A stretch of 32,000 bases of DNA from Promethearchaeota archaeon. GTDB taxonomy: Archaea > Asgardarchaeota > Lokiarchaeia > Sigyniarchaeales > Promethearchaeaceae. The translations under genes were made by a program, and so were the position numbers. Position 1 is the first letter of the stretch; the number at the start of each line of letters is the position of its first letter. Under the pieces are notes generated by a model. That model did not search any database. It was given only the letters and a program-made list of their open reading frames with translations, and was not told where the DNA came from. This document shows, in pieces, positions 7,982-17,960 of the stretch. The stretch spans positions 570,001-602,000 of the forward strand of contig JAFGBS010000009.1 in NCBI GenBank assembly GCA_016933055.1, written 5' to 3'.

Positions 7982-9682
7982 ATGAGCAAAAATCAACCAA
8001 AAAATAACAAGATATTAGGAGCTTGCATTGGAGATTGTATCCATGTTGCCGGGTTGACGAAATTCTTTCGCATAGCTAACCAATATGGTTATGAAACTAC
8101 GTTTGTCGGTGCAGCGATGCCGATTCAAAAAATTATTACAGAAATACAAAAATCTTCCGCAAAAATTATAGCTTTATCTTACCGTTTAACTCCGCAAGTT
8201 GGAGTATCACTTTTAAAACAGTTAATTCAAGAAGTAAAGAAACACAATTTAACCAATCGGGATTACTATTTGGGTTGTTTACCTGAGTTAGAACAGCATG
8301 CAGTAAAATTTAATTTCTTTAAAAAAATTTTCACAGGTGGGGAGGCACTAGATGAATTATATTCAATATTTCAAGTTGGAATAATAAAAGATGATGTACT
8401 CAGCTATCCTACGGATCTTATATCGAGAATACGCATGAAAGCACCGTATCCGATTTTTCGTGCACATTTCGGTTTACCATCATTAGATGACACCTATAAA
8501 GGCATTCAAGAAATTGCAGAATCTAAGATGTTGGATGTGATCTCAATTGCTCCCGATCAAGCTGCACAAGAATGGTTTCACCATCCTGATATCATTCATC
8601 GAAGACCAAAAGGATCTGGTGGAGTCCCTATCAGGAAAAAAGAACATTTGGAACAAATGTATTCACAAAGTCGTACCGGAAATTACCCTTTGATGCGAAT
8701 CTATTCTGGCACCCAAGATTTAGTGAAGAATGCTGAATTATTTCAATCCTCAATACAAAATGCTTGGGCAGCGATTCCTATCTTTTGGTATTCTAAATTG
8801 GATGGAAGAGGACCATTGCCTATACAAAAAGCTATACAAGAGCATTTTCTCGCTATACAATGGCATGCGAACCATAATATTCCAGTAGAAGTGAATGATC
8901 CCCATCAATGGGGCTTACGACAAGCAACTGATCAGATGGTAGTGGCTGATGCATACCTTTCAGCTAAAATTGCAAAGGAACTGGGCGTGAGATATTATAT
9001 AGAGCAACTTATGTTCAATACTCCCGCAGGGAATACCTTTAGCATGGATTTTGCTCGTGTTCTTGCAATGATTGATATAATAATTCCATTAGTTGATGAG
9101 AATTTTGAAGTGTTTAAAGAAACCAGGACAGGTTTAGCATATTTATCAACTGATCCGACCGTTGCAAAGGGACAGCTTGCAGTATCTAGTATGATGCAAT
9201 TAGCTGTTCAACCGCATATAATGCATGTAGTATCATATTCAGAGGCCAGTCACGCAGCAAAAGCTATTGATGTAATTAAAAGTTGTAAGATGGTAAGTAA
9301 TATTATTCAAGATAGTCTCGGCAATCTTCCCGATTACACCTTGGACCAAAAAATCATCCAACGGAAAAATGAACTCATCCACCAAGCGCACATCTTAATA
9401 AATGCATTTGAGCACTTGGGAAATAAAATGGGTGTTAAAAATCCCTATCTATCTTCCGAATGCTTAAGTGAGGCTGTTCGCATTGGACTGTTCGATGCAC
9501 CTCAAGTAAAAGGATTTTCTGGAGCAAAAGGAAAAATCCATACGGAAATTGTAGACGGAAAGTGTATTACAATTGATTCGAGCGGACAAGAAATAGATGA
9601 GATTCAAAGAATGGCAGAGTTAGGGATTCTCGATGAATCGGTCAAAAAACTAGTATCATTAAAACCAGGTGTAACCAAATGA
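7982..9682 (+). CDS. Cobalamin-binding domain + probable TIM-barrel protein of unknown function
   Basis: N-terminal Rossmann B12 domain: GDCIHVAG (variant DxHxxG), IALSYRLT, FTGG. It is followed by about 430 aa with no radical-SAM CxxxCxxC motif. Confidence 0.8.
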   Translation: MSKNQPKNNKILGACIGDCIHVAGLTKFFRIANQYGYETTFVGAAMPIQKIITEIQKSSAKIIALSYRLTPQVGVSLLKQLIQEVKKHNLTNRDYYLGCLPELEQHAVKFNFFKKIFTGGEALDELYSIFQVGIIKDDVLSYPTDLISRIRMKAPYPIFRAHFGLPSLDDTYKGIQEIAESKMLDVISIAPDQAAQEWFHHPDIIHRRPKGSGGVPIRKKEHLEQMYSQSRTGNYPLMRIYSGTQDLVKNAELFQSSIQNAWAAIPIFWYSKLDGRGPLPIQKAIQEHFLAIQWHANHNIPVEVNDPHQWGLRQATDQMVVADAYLSAKIAKELGVRYYIEQLMFNTPAGNTFSMDFARVLAMIDIIIPLVDENFEVFKETRTGLAYLSTDPTVAKGQLAVSSMMQLAVQPHIMHVVSYSEASHAAKAIDVIKSCKMVSNIIQDSLGNLPDYTLDQKIIQRKNELIHQAHILINAFEHLGNKMGVKNPYLSSECLSEAVRIGLFDAPQVKGFSGAKGKIHTEIVDGKCITIDSSGQEIDEIQRMAELGILDESVKKLVSLKPGVTK

Positions 9683-10836
9683 TAGATTATAATAATGTAG
9701 CAATTATTGGTGCTGGAAATGGAGGAAGAGCAACTGCAATATATCTCAGAAACCGTGGATTTAACATAAATCTTGCATTTCGCACCTTTGAAAAGATAAA
9801 AACTATTTATTTCACTAAACAAATTCGTTCACAAGGGAAATTGAACGGTATTTTTGATTTAGATTTAATCACTCCTGAATACTCTCAATTGATGGCTGAA
9901 GATGTCGGAGTAATTATATACGTACTTCCTGCAAATGTACACGCTGATATAACTCGGAAAATTGCCCCTTTCCTTCAGAATAATCAAATTATTTTATTAA
10001 CTCCTGGTAGAACATGGGGTGCAATTGAAGTTAATAACATCATAAAAAGATTGCGACCCGAATTACGAGTATATGTTGGTGAGACACAAACACTTCCCTT
10101 CACAAGCCGATCAATAGAAGATAAAGGAGTAGATCTTATCGACATTAAAAACCAGGTTAAATATTGTTTTTACCCAGAAAAATACAACCAACGTGTTTCC
10201 AAAACAATATTCAAGCTATTCCCTCGTCTCTTGAGCGTGGATGATATAAGAATAACCAGTTTAAATAATATTGGTGCAATGGTTCATCCGGCAGGATTAA
10301 TATTAAACACAGGTACCATTAGTCGAAAACAAGATCTCTTATTCTACTCTGAAGGAATGAGTAAGGATGTTGTGAAAATCGTAGAGCAAGTCGATACAGA
10401 GCGTTGCACTATTATGAAACTCTTAGGGCTGAAACCCGTAAATTTCCTGCAATGGGCAACTGAAGTGTATAATGTCAGGGAAAAAGATTATTACTCCACA
10501 TTTCAGCACATCCGAAGCTATCAAGCTATTTCAGCACCAAAGCAAATGAATGTTAGATATATAACCGAAGATGTACCTACGGGATTAGTTCCTATCTCTT
10601 CAATTGGAAAATTTCTTGGAATACCAACTCCCGCTACGGATGCTCTTATTAACATTGCAAACATTTTAATGGATACAGATTTTCGGGTAACCGGACGGAC
10701 GACTAAAAATGTGGGAGTCCCAGTTAATCTCTTAATACCAAAGGAAGAACAAAAATATATTGTATCCAAGGTTCAAGAATTAACTCACGAAGATATAAAT
10801 ATCAATGTAACGAATGATAAATCTTCATCATCTTAA
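9679..10836 (+). CDS. NAD/NADP octopine/nopaline (opine) dehydrogenase family protein
   Basis: IIGAGNGG Rossmann motif, GETQTLPF, NNIGAMVHP, RYITEDVPTGLVP; ATGA overlap with the upstream gene. Confidence 0.9.
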   Translation: MIDYNNVAIIGAGNGGRATAIYLRNRGFNINLAFRTFEKIKTIYFTKQIRSQGKLNGIFDLDLITPEYSQLMAEDVGVIIYVLPANVHADITRKIAPFLQNNQIILLTPGRTWGAIEVNNIIKRLRPELRVYVGETQTLPFTSRSIEDKGVDLIDIKNQVKYCFYPEKYNQRVSKTIFKLFPRLLSVDDIRITSLNNIGAMVHPAGLILNTGTISRKQDLLFYSEGMSKDVVKIVEQVDTERCTIMKLLGLKPVNFLQWATEVYNVREKDYYSTFQHIRSYQAISAPKQMNVRYITEDVPTGLVPISSIGKFLGIPTPATDALINIANILMDTDFRVTGRTTKNVGVPVNLLIPKEEQKYIVSKVQELTHEDININVTNDKSSSS

Positions 10837-10921
10837 TTTTTTAGTACATCTAAAGAGTGAGATATATTTTTTTAGGTAGAATAACCAATGACACCTATAT
10901 ATGAAGTTATAGAGGACCATA

Positions 10922-12721
10922 ATGGCACCTAAACAAAGGAAATCAAAAGCCTCCTTAAAAAAGGAGGACAAATCAATTTTCCACACAGTGAAATTGTATC
11001 TCACTGGGAAATCAGATCATCAAAAAAAAACTACAGAAATTTTTTGGGGGAAAAAATTCACATTATTGATCACACTGTTTTTTTTCTACTCTTTTGTGTT
11101 AATATCAAATTGGGAAAATGAATTTTTCAAATACATTACCCTAGAGAACCCTTATGCACTTTCGGTCTCATTAGTATTCACTTTTTTTATGCTCACCTTC
11201 TTTTTCCTCAATTCCAAGTTGAAGCGATTTTTATTTGGCCCGTATAGTTTTTTAAAACAATTACCACTCTTTTTTGGATTACTATATGGTAGCTTCTTCC
11301 TATGGAGATATTTAGTCAATATAGGGTGGAATATATTACCTACCCTCCTCGTACTTGCAATGTTTTGGTTGATTATCCAAGGTGTGCGTGTATACGATAC
11401 TAGCAGAAAATTTGCAAGTAAAGTGGAAGTAAAGACCTTGAAGCGATACTCTCCTACTGTAAATATGCTAATTACCTTAATTCCGTTCTTAATCCTAATT
11501 ATTTTGACTGTAGGTGTATGGTCTTATAGGTATGGACTAGTTTGGTTCACTTTGGATATTATTACTTTTTTAGGAGGTGATCCTAGTACTGCAGTGTTGA
11601 TGTATTCCGTGGAAATGAACGTTATATTACCGTTTCTGTATATTTCTTTGATTGTAATATTCGTTTTGTTTGCAGTAGAATTGATAATGACCAGGTTAAG
11701 GGTAGAAAATAAAAGAATGGGAACCTTTGATAATTTTGCTTATTCTTTAATCGTATTTTTTATGTTTTTGTACTTAATTTACCAAATTTCCCTATATTTA
11801 GTATTGCATTCCAAAACCCAGCTTGCCTTAGGGAGTATTGCAGGAGCAACAAGTGGAACATCGTATTTTTTCTATTTTGAATTTTTGATCTCGGTAATTT
11901 TCCTATTTCGAGGAATTCGTATTTTAGGAAAATCCATTGGAGGTAATTTTCTATTTTTCAATAAAGATTCCTTAATAATGATATTTCTCGCAACAATAAC
12001 AGCACAAACGGCCTCACGTATTCCAATATTTTCTGAAATTTCTACCCAAAATGTCGGAATATTATCTAACTTAATCAATATGGACCATTTATTAATTCCG
12101 GCATTGATTATTCTTTTTTTAGGTCTAACAATTGTGATCTATTATATTCGTCCCCAGCAAACTTCTATGTTTTTACGAACCCATAAATCATTAGTTGCAA
12201 GCGAGGAGGAGAAAGGACAAATAATCTTTGAATTTCTTAAACGGGAATTTGTACGAAGAGGAAAACCTTTTCCACTCACCGATGTAGATAATCAACTTAT
12301 TGCATTAACAGGTGCATCCAAATCTACTGTTCGAAACATCATCCAACGAGATTTAGATCCACAATATATGGAATTACAAATTTTTACTGAAGGTGCAAGA
12401 AAATTTGTCGAGTTTATTTCTATTCATGATTCCTATGAACGAAAATCTGATGCCACGGGTCGAGTAAAACACTTTATGTCCGATAGGTTATCTAAAACTC
12501 TCTCTGAGGATAAGGATGATCTGGGAATTTCAAAAGGTGCAAGTTCTGCTGTGGAAGAGCGAAAAACCTTTCTTGCAGCTTTAGATTCGAGTTATAAGAA
12601 GAAAACCAGTGAACCGCAAAGTAAAGAAGATTTACGGGATATCAAACATATTCAAGACAAAAAAGATTCAGAACTAATGTTTAAACGAGCGAAAAAACAA
12701 AATAGGAAGAAAAAAACATAA
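10922..12721 (+). CDS. Hypothetical multipass membrane protein (about 10 TM) with a soluble C-terminal domain
   Basis: Many hydrophobic 20-aa segments in residues about 45-410, then a soluble, partly wHTH-like domain and a basic tail. Confidence 0.75.
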   Translation: MAPKQRKSKASLKKEDKSIFHTVKLYLTGKSDHQKKTTEIFWGKKFTLLITLFFFYSFVLISNWENEFFKYITLENPYALSVSLVFTFFMLTFFFLNSKLKRFLFGPYSFLKQLPLFFGLLYGSFFLWRYLVNIGWNILPTLLVLAMFWLIIQGVRVYDTSRKFASKVEVKTLKRYSPTVNMLITLIPFLILIILTVGVWSYRYGLVWFTLDIITFLGGDPSTAVLMYSVEMNVILPFLYISLIVIFVLFAVELIMTRLRVENKRMGTFDNFAYSLIVFFMFLYLIYQISLYLVLHSKTQLALGSIAGATSGTSYFFYFEFLISVIFLFRGIRILGKSIGGNFLFFNKDSLIMIFLATITAQTASRIPIFSEISTQNVGILSNLINMDHLLIPALIILFLGLTIVIYYIRPQQTSMFLRTHKSLVASEEEKGQIIFEFLKREFVRRGKPFPLTDVDNQLIALTGASKSTVRNIIQRDLDPQYMELQIFTEGARKFVEFISIHDSYERKSDATGRVKHFMSDRLSKTLSEDKDDLGISKGASSAVEERKTFLAALDSSYKKKTSEPQSKEDLRDIKHIQDKKDSELMFKRAKKQNRKKKT

Positions 12722-12722
12722 T

Positions 12723-14015
12723 TTAAACTTTTTTCGGTAATACCTTTGGTCCATCCGGTAAAACCAAAATGGATATCTCATCCATTTTTTTCTGTAAATC
12801 CTTCGAAGCAAATTTAATTGCCTTTTCTACAGTTTCTGCATGCTTTAATCCTATATTTCCTATTTGTGATTCTTTCATAGATGATACGATATATACTGTA
12901 TGATGCATAAGAATTCTCGCCATAACTTGGATTTGCCAGATGTCTGGAATATTTAATTTCCCACTCAAAGCATTTTTATAAATTTCTTCGGGAGTGTATC
13001 CACTATTATTTAATTTATTAAAGTACTCTTGCCCTACTCCGTCTCGACACTCGTTTACTGCAATAATAACTCCTTGTTTTTTGCAAGCAAGTTCTCCGAT
13101 AGCCATACTTTTTACAGCTTGATATAAATTAAGATCTAAAGGGAATCCACCATTGCCGCAAATAACTATATCATACAATTTTGAAATTTCACGAAAACAT
13201 TCTCTTTCTTGGATTTGCACCAGGTGATTATGGACGGCAAAAATATTTCCTGCAGCTATATGAGTTATTTGATGATTTTGGTTTATAATCGCATTGATGC
13301 AAAAATCAGGTTTGAGTAATCTAGTTGCTTCAACTAATTCTTCATGCAACGGATTGTGTTCTAAAATTCCAAATCTAGCATACCGGGAATCTATGTTTTT
13401 CTCAGAATGATTACGTAATATTGTACTTTTTCCCGCAATGCCCGGAACTATTGCTTTTCTTCCCCCACTATAGCCTGAAAAAAAATGTGGTTCTACATAC
13501 CCAGACGCAATTCGAAATGCGGCTTGCACATAATGGGTATTAAGATAAACACCCGTCCCCCTAGAAGTTTCTCCGATATATTCTAGTTCCATTTCATTGT
13601 TCGCATCATGAAATAAAATATCAAATCGATTAATATGCTCCTCTCCGAGCATTCTTTTTAGTTCTAATAAAGAAGATTTGCGATGCAACCCTGCAGCCAC
13701 TAAAATCTTAATCCTTTCATCTCCAATATTATGGTTTTGAAATATTTTTGATAAGGCATCTAAAAAGAACTTACTAGAGATGGGACGGGTGTGATCATCA
13801 ACAAGAATGATGATATAATCCTCGGGATTTCTCATTTTTTTTCTTAGCAACTGGTCAAATGGTTGAGAGTTCATCGGATTGTTTAATTTAGTATAGATTT
13901 CTCCTACTGGGTCCTTCAAAACAGACATTTTATTCGCTTTCATTACTCTAGAATGGGACTCATCGGGAATTTCAAATCTTACTCCTGTCGAACCATATTG
14001 AAATTCAATTTCCAT
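12723..14015 (-). CDS. larA: LarA-family nickel-pincer-dependent 2-hydroxyacid racemase/epimerase (DUF2088)
   Basis: DDHTRP, AAGLHR, VEPHFFSGYSGGRKAIVPGIAG, PLDLNLYQAVK motifs. Confidence 0.9.
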   Translation of the reverse strand: MEIEFQYGSTGVRFEIPDESHSRVMKANKMSVLKDPVGEIYTKLNNPMNSQPFDQLLRKKMRNPEDYIIILVDDHTRPISSKFFLDALSKIFQNHNIGDERIKILVAAGLHRKSSLLELKRMLGEEHINRFDILFHDANNEMELEYIGETSRGTGVYLNTHYVQAAFRIASGYVEPHFFSGYSGGRKAIVPGIAGKSTILRNHSEKNIDSRYARFGILEHNPLHEELVEATRLLKPDFCINAIINQNHQITHIAAGNIFAVHNHLVQIQERECFREISKLYDIVICGNGGFPLDLNLYQAVKSMAIGELACKKQGVIIAVNECRDGVGQEYFNKLNNSGYTPEEIYKNALSGKLNIPDIWQIQVMARILMHHTVYIVSSMKESQIGNIGLKHAETVEKAIKFASKDLQKKMDEISILVLPDGPKVLPKKV

Positions 14016-14460
14016 CTCTAAGCCTTCTCCTACTTAATGTTTTTTCCAACTTCTCTCGAAAATCTGATTCAAATAGCTGACTTTCTTGCATAGCTTTCTT
14101 TTTAAATTTGGTTTTTATCATATAACCTTTATATTCAATTAAATCCTGTAACTCTTTAAGAAAAGGGTGGTTTTTTTGATATAAAGCGGAGGGAAATCGA
14201 ACGAAATACACCAGATATTGTTGCAATTCTCGATAATATAAAACAGATGGCTTTAATTTCATCTGTTCATCTCGTGATTGTTCATGATATACATCTAAAA
14301 GCTTTCTTAATTGCTTACTAAATGAACCTACTAAATAGCAATATGATTCCTCAAAACGATCAGTTTCTTTCGTTCCTTTTTGGGTGAACAGATCTAGAAA
14401 ATTAATTGACAAATTCTCAAATTCTTTCATTATATCTTCTTTTCTGTCGGATTTCGTCAT
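14005..14460 (-). CDS. Hypothetical helical protein
   Basis: 151-aa ORF overlapping the larA start by 11 bp, so likely co-transcribed; no recognised motif. Confidence 0.6.
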   Translation of the reverse strand: MTKSDRKEDIMKEFENLSINFLDLFTQKGTKETDRFEESYCYLVGSFSKQLRKLLDVYHEQSRDEQMKLKPSVLYYRELQQYLVYFVRFPSALYQKNHPFLKELQDLIEYKGYMIKTKFKKKAMQESQLFESDFREKLEKTLSRRRLRDGN

Positions 14461-14537
14461 TCCTTTATTTAGTAGGCTCTTATAGCGTTAAAAATTTACG
14501 TATAATAAACATAAATTTGTTATAATGGTGAGTTCAT

Positions 14538-14963
14538 TTGGATTATGAAGAGATAAAAAATCAATTACAGGAAATTGAGCGATTAAGAGAACAGACTCAA
14601 AAAAGAATGCATGAGCTAGAAACAAAAAAAAAAAGACAAATTGCAGAAATTGAAAACAGATTTGTGCGTCTAGAAGAAGAATTAATAAATCCAGTGGAAA
14701 CTTTTGAAATTCAAGTTTATAATGGATTAATACAAAGTTTTGAAGATTTAGTACTTAATGAAATTGATAAGAAGAGAATGAATTGTGAATATATTCTATC
14801 CGAAGACGTAAAGACTTATCGAAATCAAATGATTTCTGTGGAAATATTCCCAAAAGAACTGATAGCACGGTTGGATCAAGTAATATCAGGAAAAAAAACA
14901 ATAGAAGATATAGCGTATAAATTAGATGAGATAAAAAATAAATTCACAAAACCATTGAGTTAG
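14538..14963 (+). CDS. Hypothetical coiled-coil protein
   Basis: 141 aa, TTG start, E/K/R-rich heptad pattern in the N-terminal half; convergent 4-bp overlap with nrdJ. Confidence 0.6.
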   Translation: MDYEEIKNQLQEIERLREQTQKRMHELETKKKRQIAEIENRFVRLEEELINPVETFEIQVYNGLIQSFEDLVLNEIDKKRMNCEYILSEDVKTYRNQMISVEIFPKELIARLDQVISGKKTIEDIAYKLDEIKNKFTKPLS

Positions 14964-17371
14964 TTCTTTGGGTTTTTATTTTCATGTTTATTGCCAGCAT
15001 CTTGGTCGGGATCAAAACATAAATCTGAAAATCTTGTATCTTTTTCCACTTTTATAATTCCACCATTTTCATTATTAGAAATCGCTTCTGTGATTTGGGA
15101 GATCTCTTTTTTCAATTCACAAGTATCCGTTGTACATCCCTCTTCTCCAATTGCTTTGACAGAGACATTTTTTAAATTTAAATGTTTTAATTTTGCAGTC
15201 ATTTCCTCATAATATTCTCTTGTAATCTCTTCATAGGGTGCTTGTTCATAGCCATGATCATTTATCGGTAGCATGGAGACACTTTTTAGCTTAGATTCAT
15301 AGCATTCTAAAGCGTATTTAATATCCTTAACTTCTTCCTTTCTGAATGTAATCGTCACAGAAACTTGATTATCACTCCAATATTTTTGATAAGCTGCTGC
15401 ATTCTCAAACTGCTCCCACATCGAGACTTCTACTTTTGATCGGCGGAAATGTTTTTCATGCACGGGAAATTCTGCTACCATCGCATTTTTGGAATACACG
15501 TCTTCCTCAATATTATATCCAGCTTCTTTTAATATCGGAATTAAATCTGAATTACTTGATAGGCGTATACGACGGATATAATATTCTGAGTGAGGATAAT
15601 GGATCCCTGGGCTTACACCAGGCAATAAACTAACAGTTCCACTCGGCTTAACCGAAGTGATTTTTATTGACTTAGGGATACACAACCAGTCGGAATATTT
15701 CTCATCTAATTTTTTAAGGTAGTTATACCCCCTATCACACCAATCTAACATTGTTTTCCTACCATGTTTCACAAACGCATCAATTATACCAGATTGGGAT
15801 GTTCCAATCCGTCGATTCTTTCCCATTACAGCATTTGTGAATCCCCAATGCGTATTTTCAAGAGTAACCGATTTAGCATATAAATATGCGTATTTTAAAG
15901 TATCTTGATACTCATCATACGAATCATGGCGTGACGGGAATGTTTCCACTAAACAACACAACTCAAAACTTTCGAGGGTTTGCTCTCCACATGGATTCAC
16001 TCCCTTGGCCTTTTTATCCTTATAATCGGGTTCTCCGTTTATGCGGGAATATTTTTGTGCATTTTCCAGCCATAAAACTCCTGGTTCTCCGTTCTTTGCG
16101 ATACTATCAACGATAGGGGAGTATTCGATCCCTACGGTTGCAATAACGGAATTGTTACTAGCCCATCGGTGGTGTTTTGACAATTCCATATCCTGTTTCA
16201 TTGTGATGAACTCGTGGTCATCCATACTTCCTAATGCAATTTCTGCTGATCGCCTTACATTTCCCGCTACTACGCACTTACCGATTAAATTAAAGATATC
16301 GACTATATCTGTGGATGATAGGGCTTGTCCTACTTTTGCGGACAACATCTCTTGGATATCTTCTAGCATTTCTTTTAAAGGTCCAGGACCAGATGCAACA
16401 CCCCCAAATCCCTTAATAGGTGCTCCAGCGGGTCGAATCAAAGAGTAATCAAAGTGAGAGATTTCCTTTCCCTCAAAAAATCCATCAAGCACTTTACCAA
16501 GAGCTTTTACCCATCCCTCCCGCGAATCGGGGATTTTGTAAACTTTATCTGATATAGCAGGTTCTTGTATTACAACTTTACCCGCCCCTTTTGTATCGAA
16601 TCCAACTCCAACACCGAGCATAAGAGCATCCATGCACCATTGGAATGCCATAGGACCTTTAATGTCGATGTCCTCTGTAGAGCAAAATCCACAATTATTT
16701 AACGCCATTGAGCCATGCTTGTCAATAAATGGGGTTCCCATAACCCATAAGCCTCGTCCTGGGGCACTAAATTTAAAATTCCACATTTTTTCATACATAA
16801 TTTCAGCAGATTTACGAGCTTTTTCTTCGTTCCAAGGTAATCCCAATTTAATGCAATGCTCCTTTTGAAGGGAATAACAACCCTCAACAACCCTTCGGAT
16901 GGTTTCAAAAAATTCCTCCGTTCGGTTTTCTTCATCTATAGGGCGTGCATAGGTTCGCTTGTATGTTATATACCCTAAAGGCCCCCAATCGGGCTGTTTG
17001 TCACGAAATTGATCAATGAAGCTTTCTTGTAGCACAAACTTTGTTCGTTTCTTCTTCTCAATCCTTTCATAAATCTCCTTATACTTATCCAATCCGCGAG
17101 AAGAAAGTTCTTCACAGATAAAATCCTTTACTGCATAGGTAGATATGGATTTATATTGCAAACTAAGTAATCCTACTATCTTTCGAACAACAGCTTCTAT
17201 GATTTCTGATGATATTTGATCATCCAACCCAACATCTACTATTAGACTTTTTCGTATTCGATCTAATTCAAATGGCTCTTTTTCCCCATCGCTATTAATG
17301 ATATAGTTAGGAAGGATCGAACCTAGTTCAAATTCATTCATGAGAAGCTCATCATTGTGGTCATTGATCAC
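14960..17371 (-). CDS. nrdJ: Class II (adenosylcobalamin-dependent) ribonucleotide reductase, monomeric type, with an N-terminal ATP-cone-like domain
   Basis: TYKRTYAR, PGRGLW, ALNNCGF, IPDSREGWV, VVAGNVRRSA, NPCGEQTLE..CCLVE, TSVKPSGTVSLL, C-terminal EGCTTDTC. The start may be ATG 17341 instead of GTG 17371. Confidence 0.93.
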   Translation of the reverse strand: MINDHNDELLMNEFELGSILPNYIINSDGEKEPFELDRIRKSLIVDVGLDDQISSEIIEAVVRKIVGLLSLQYKSISTYAVKDFICEELSSRGLDKYKEIYERIEKKKRTKFVLQESFIDQFRDKQPDWGPLGYITYKRTYARPIDEENRTEEFFETIRRVVEGCYSLQKEHCIKLGLPWNEEKARKSAEIMYEKMWNFKFSAPGRGLWVMGTPFIDKHGSMALNNCGFCSTEDIDIKGPMAFQWCMDALMLGVGVGFDTKGAGKVVIQEPAISDKVYKIPDSREGWVKALGKVLDGFFEGKEISHFDYSLIRPAGAPIKGFGGVASGPGPLKEMLEDIQEMLSAKVGQALSSTDIVDIFNLIGKCVVAGNVRRSAEIALGSMDDHEFITMKQDMELSKHHRWASNNSVIATVGIEYSPIVDSIAKNGEPGVLWLENAQKYSRINGEPDYKDKKAKGVNPCGEQTLESFELCCLVETFPSRHDSYDEYQDTLKYAYLYAKSVTLENTHWGFTNAVMGKNRRIGTSQSGIIDAFVKHGRKTMLDWCDRGYNYLKKLDEKYSDWLCIPKSIKITSVKPSGTVSLLPGVSPGIHYPHSEYYIRRIRLSSNSDLIPILKEAGYNIEEDVYSKNAMVAEFPVHEKHFRRSKVEVSMWEQFENAAAYQKYWSDNQVSVTITFRKEEVKDIKYALECYESKLKSVSMLPINDHGYEQAPYEEITREYYEEMTAKLKHLNLKNVSVKAIGEEGCTTDTCELKKEISQITEAISNNENGGIIKVEKDTRFSDLCFDPDQDAGNKHENKNPKN

Positions 17372-17960
17372 TATCTTTTACACCTTATGTATTGATTTAC
17401 GGCATTAATTTTTTTCCCTACGAGTGTAACGACAAAATTTCTCTTTTTAGGTAGGGAGATATTTCTTGAACGGGATTTTGAATCATATATGATAATCCGA
17501 AATATTCGGTGTTTAGCTATGGAAACATTCGTATTTGGAATTATCTTTGAGATTCAGTGATAGATTTACAATTAAGGGTTGAATTTTCGATGTAACACCA
17601 GAGATTCTGCCCTTCTGAGAATCTTTTTCGACCCTTTGTATTATCTCGGTGTGATGTTAGATTATGTGTGAAAATTTAAACATTTGCATAAATAAATGAC
17701 CGACATTAACCGATTCAATCAACTCTTACAAAATCTCATTCACATTCCATCCATCTTCTCTATTTTTGATCACATATATTAATCATATAACATAATGCTG
17801 GTTGTTAACAGGTTAAGAGCTGTTTGTCTCGCAGTAAATAAGGATTTTTATTAATAGATTATTTTACCGTTGTTGTAGTCGAACGGGCTTATAAATTTCG
17901 TAAATTACAATCAGATAAAAGCTCTGAAATATATATTGTATAGCTCGATAAGAAAATATT

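Noticed and set aside
17482-17493. NrdR box upstream of nrdJ
   Set aside because: The palindrome atcatatatgat does not fit the acaCwAtATaTwGtgt consensus at the key C/G positions.
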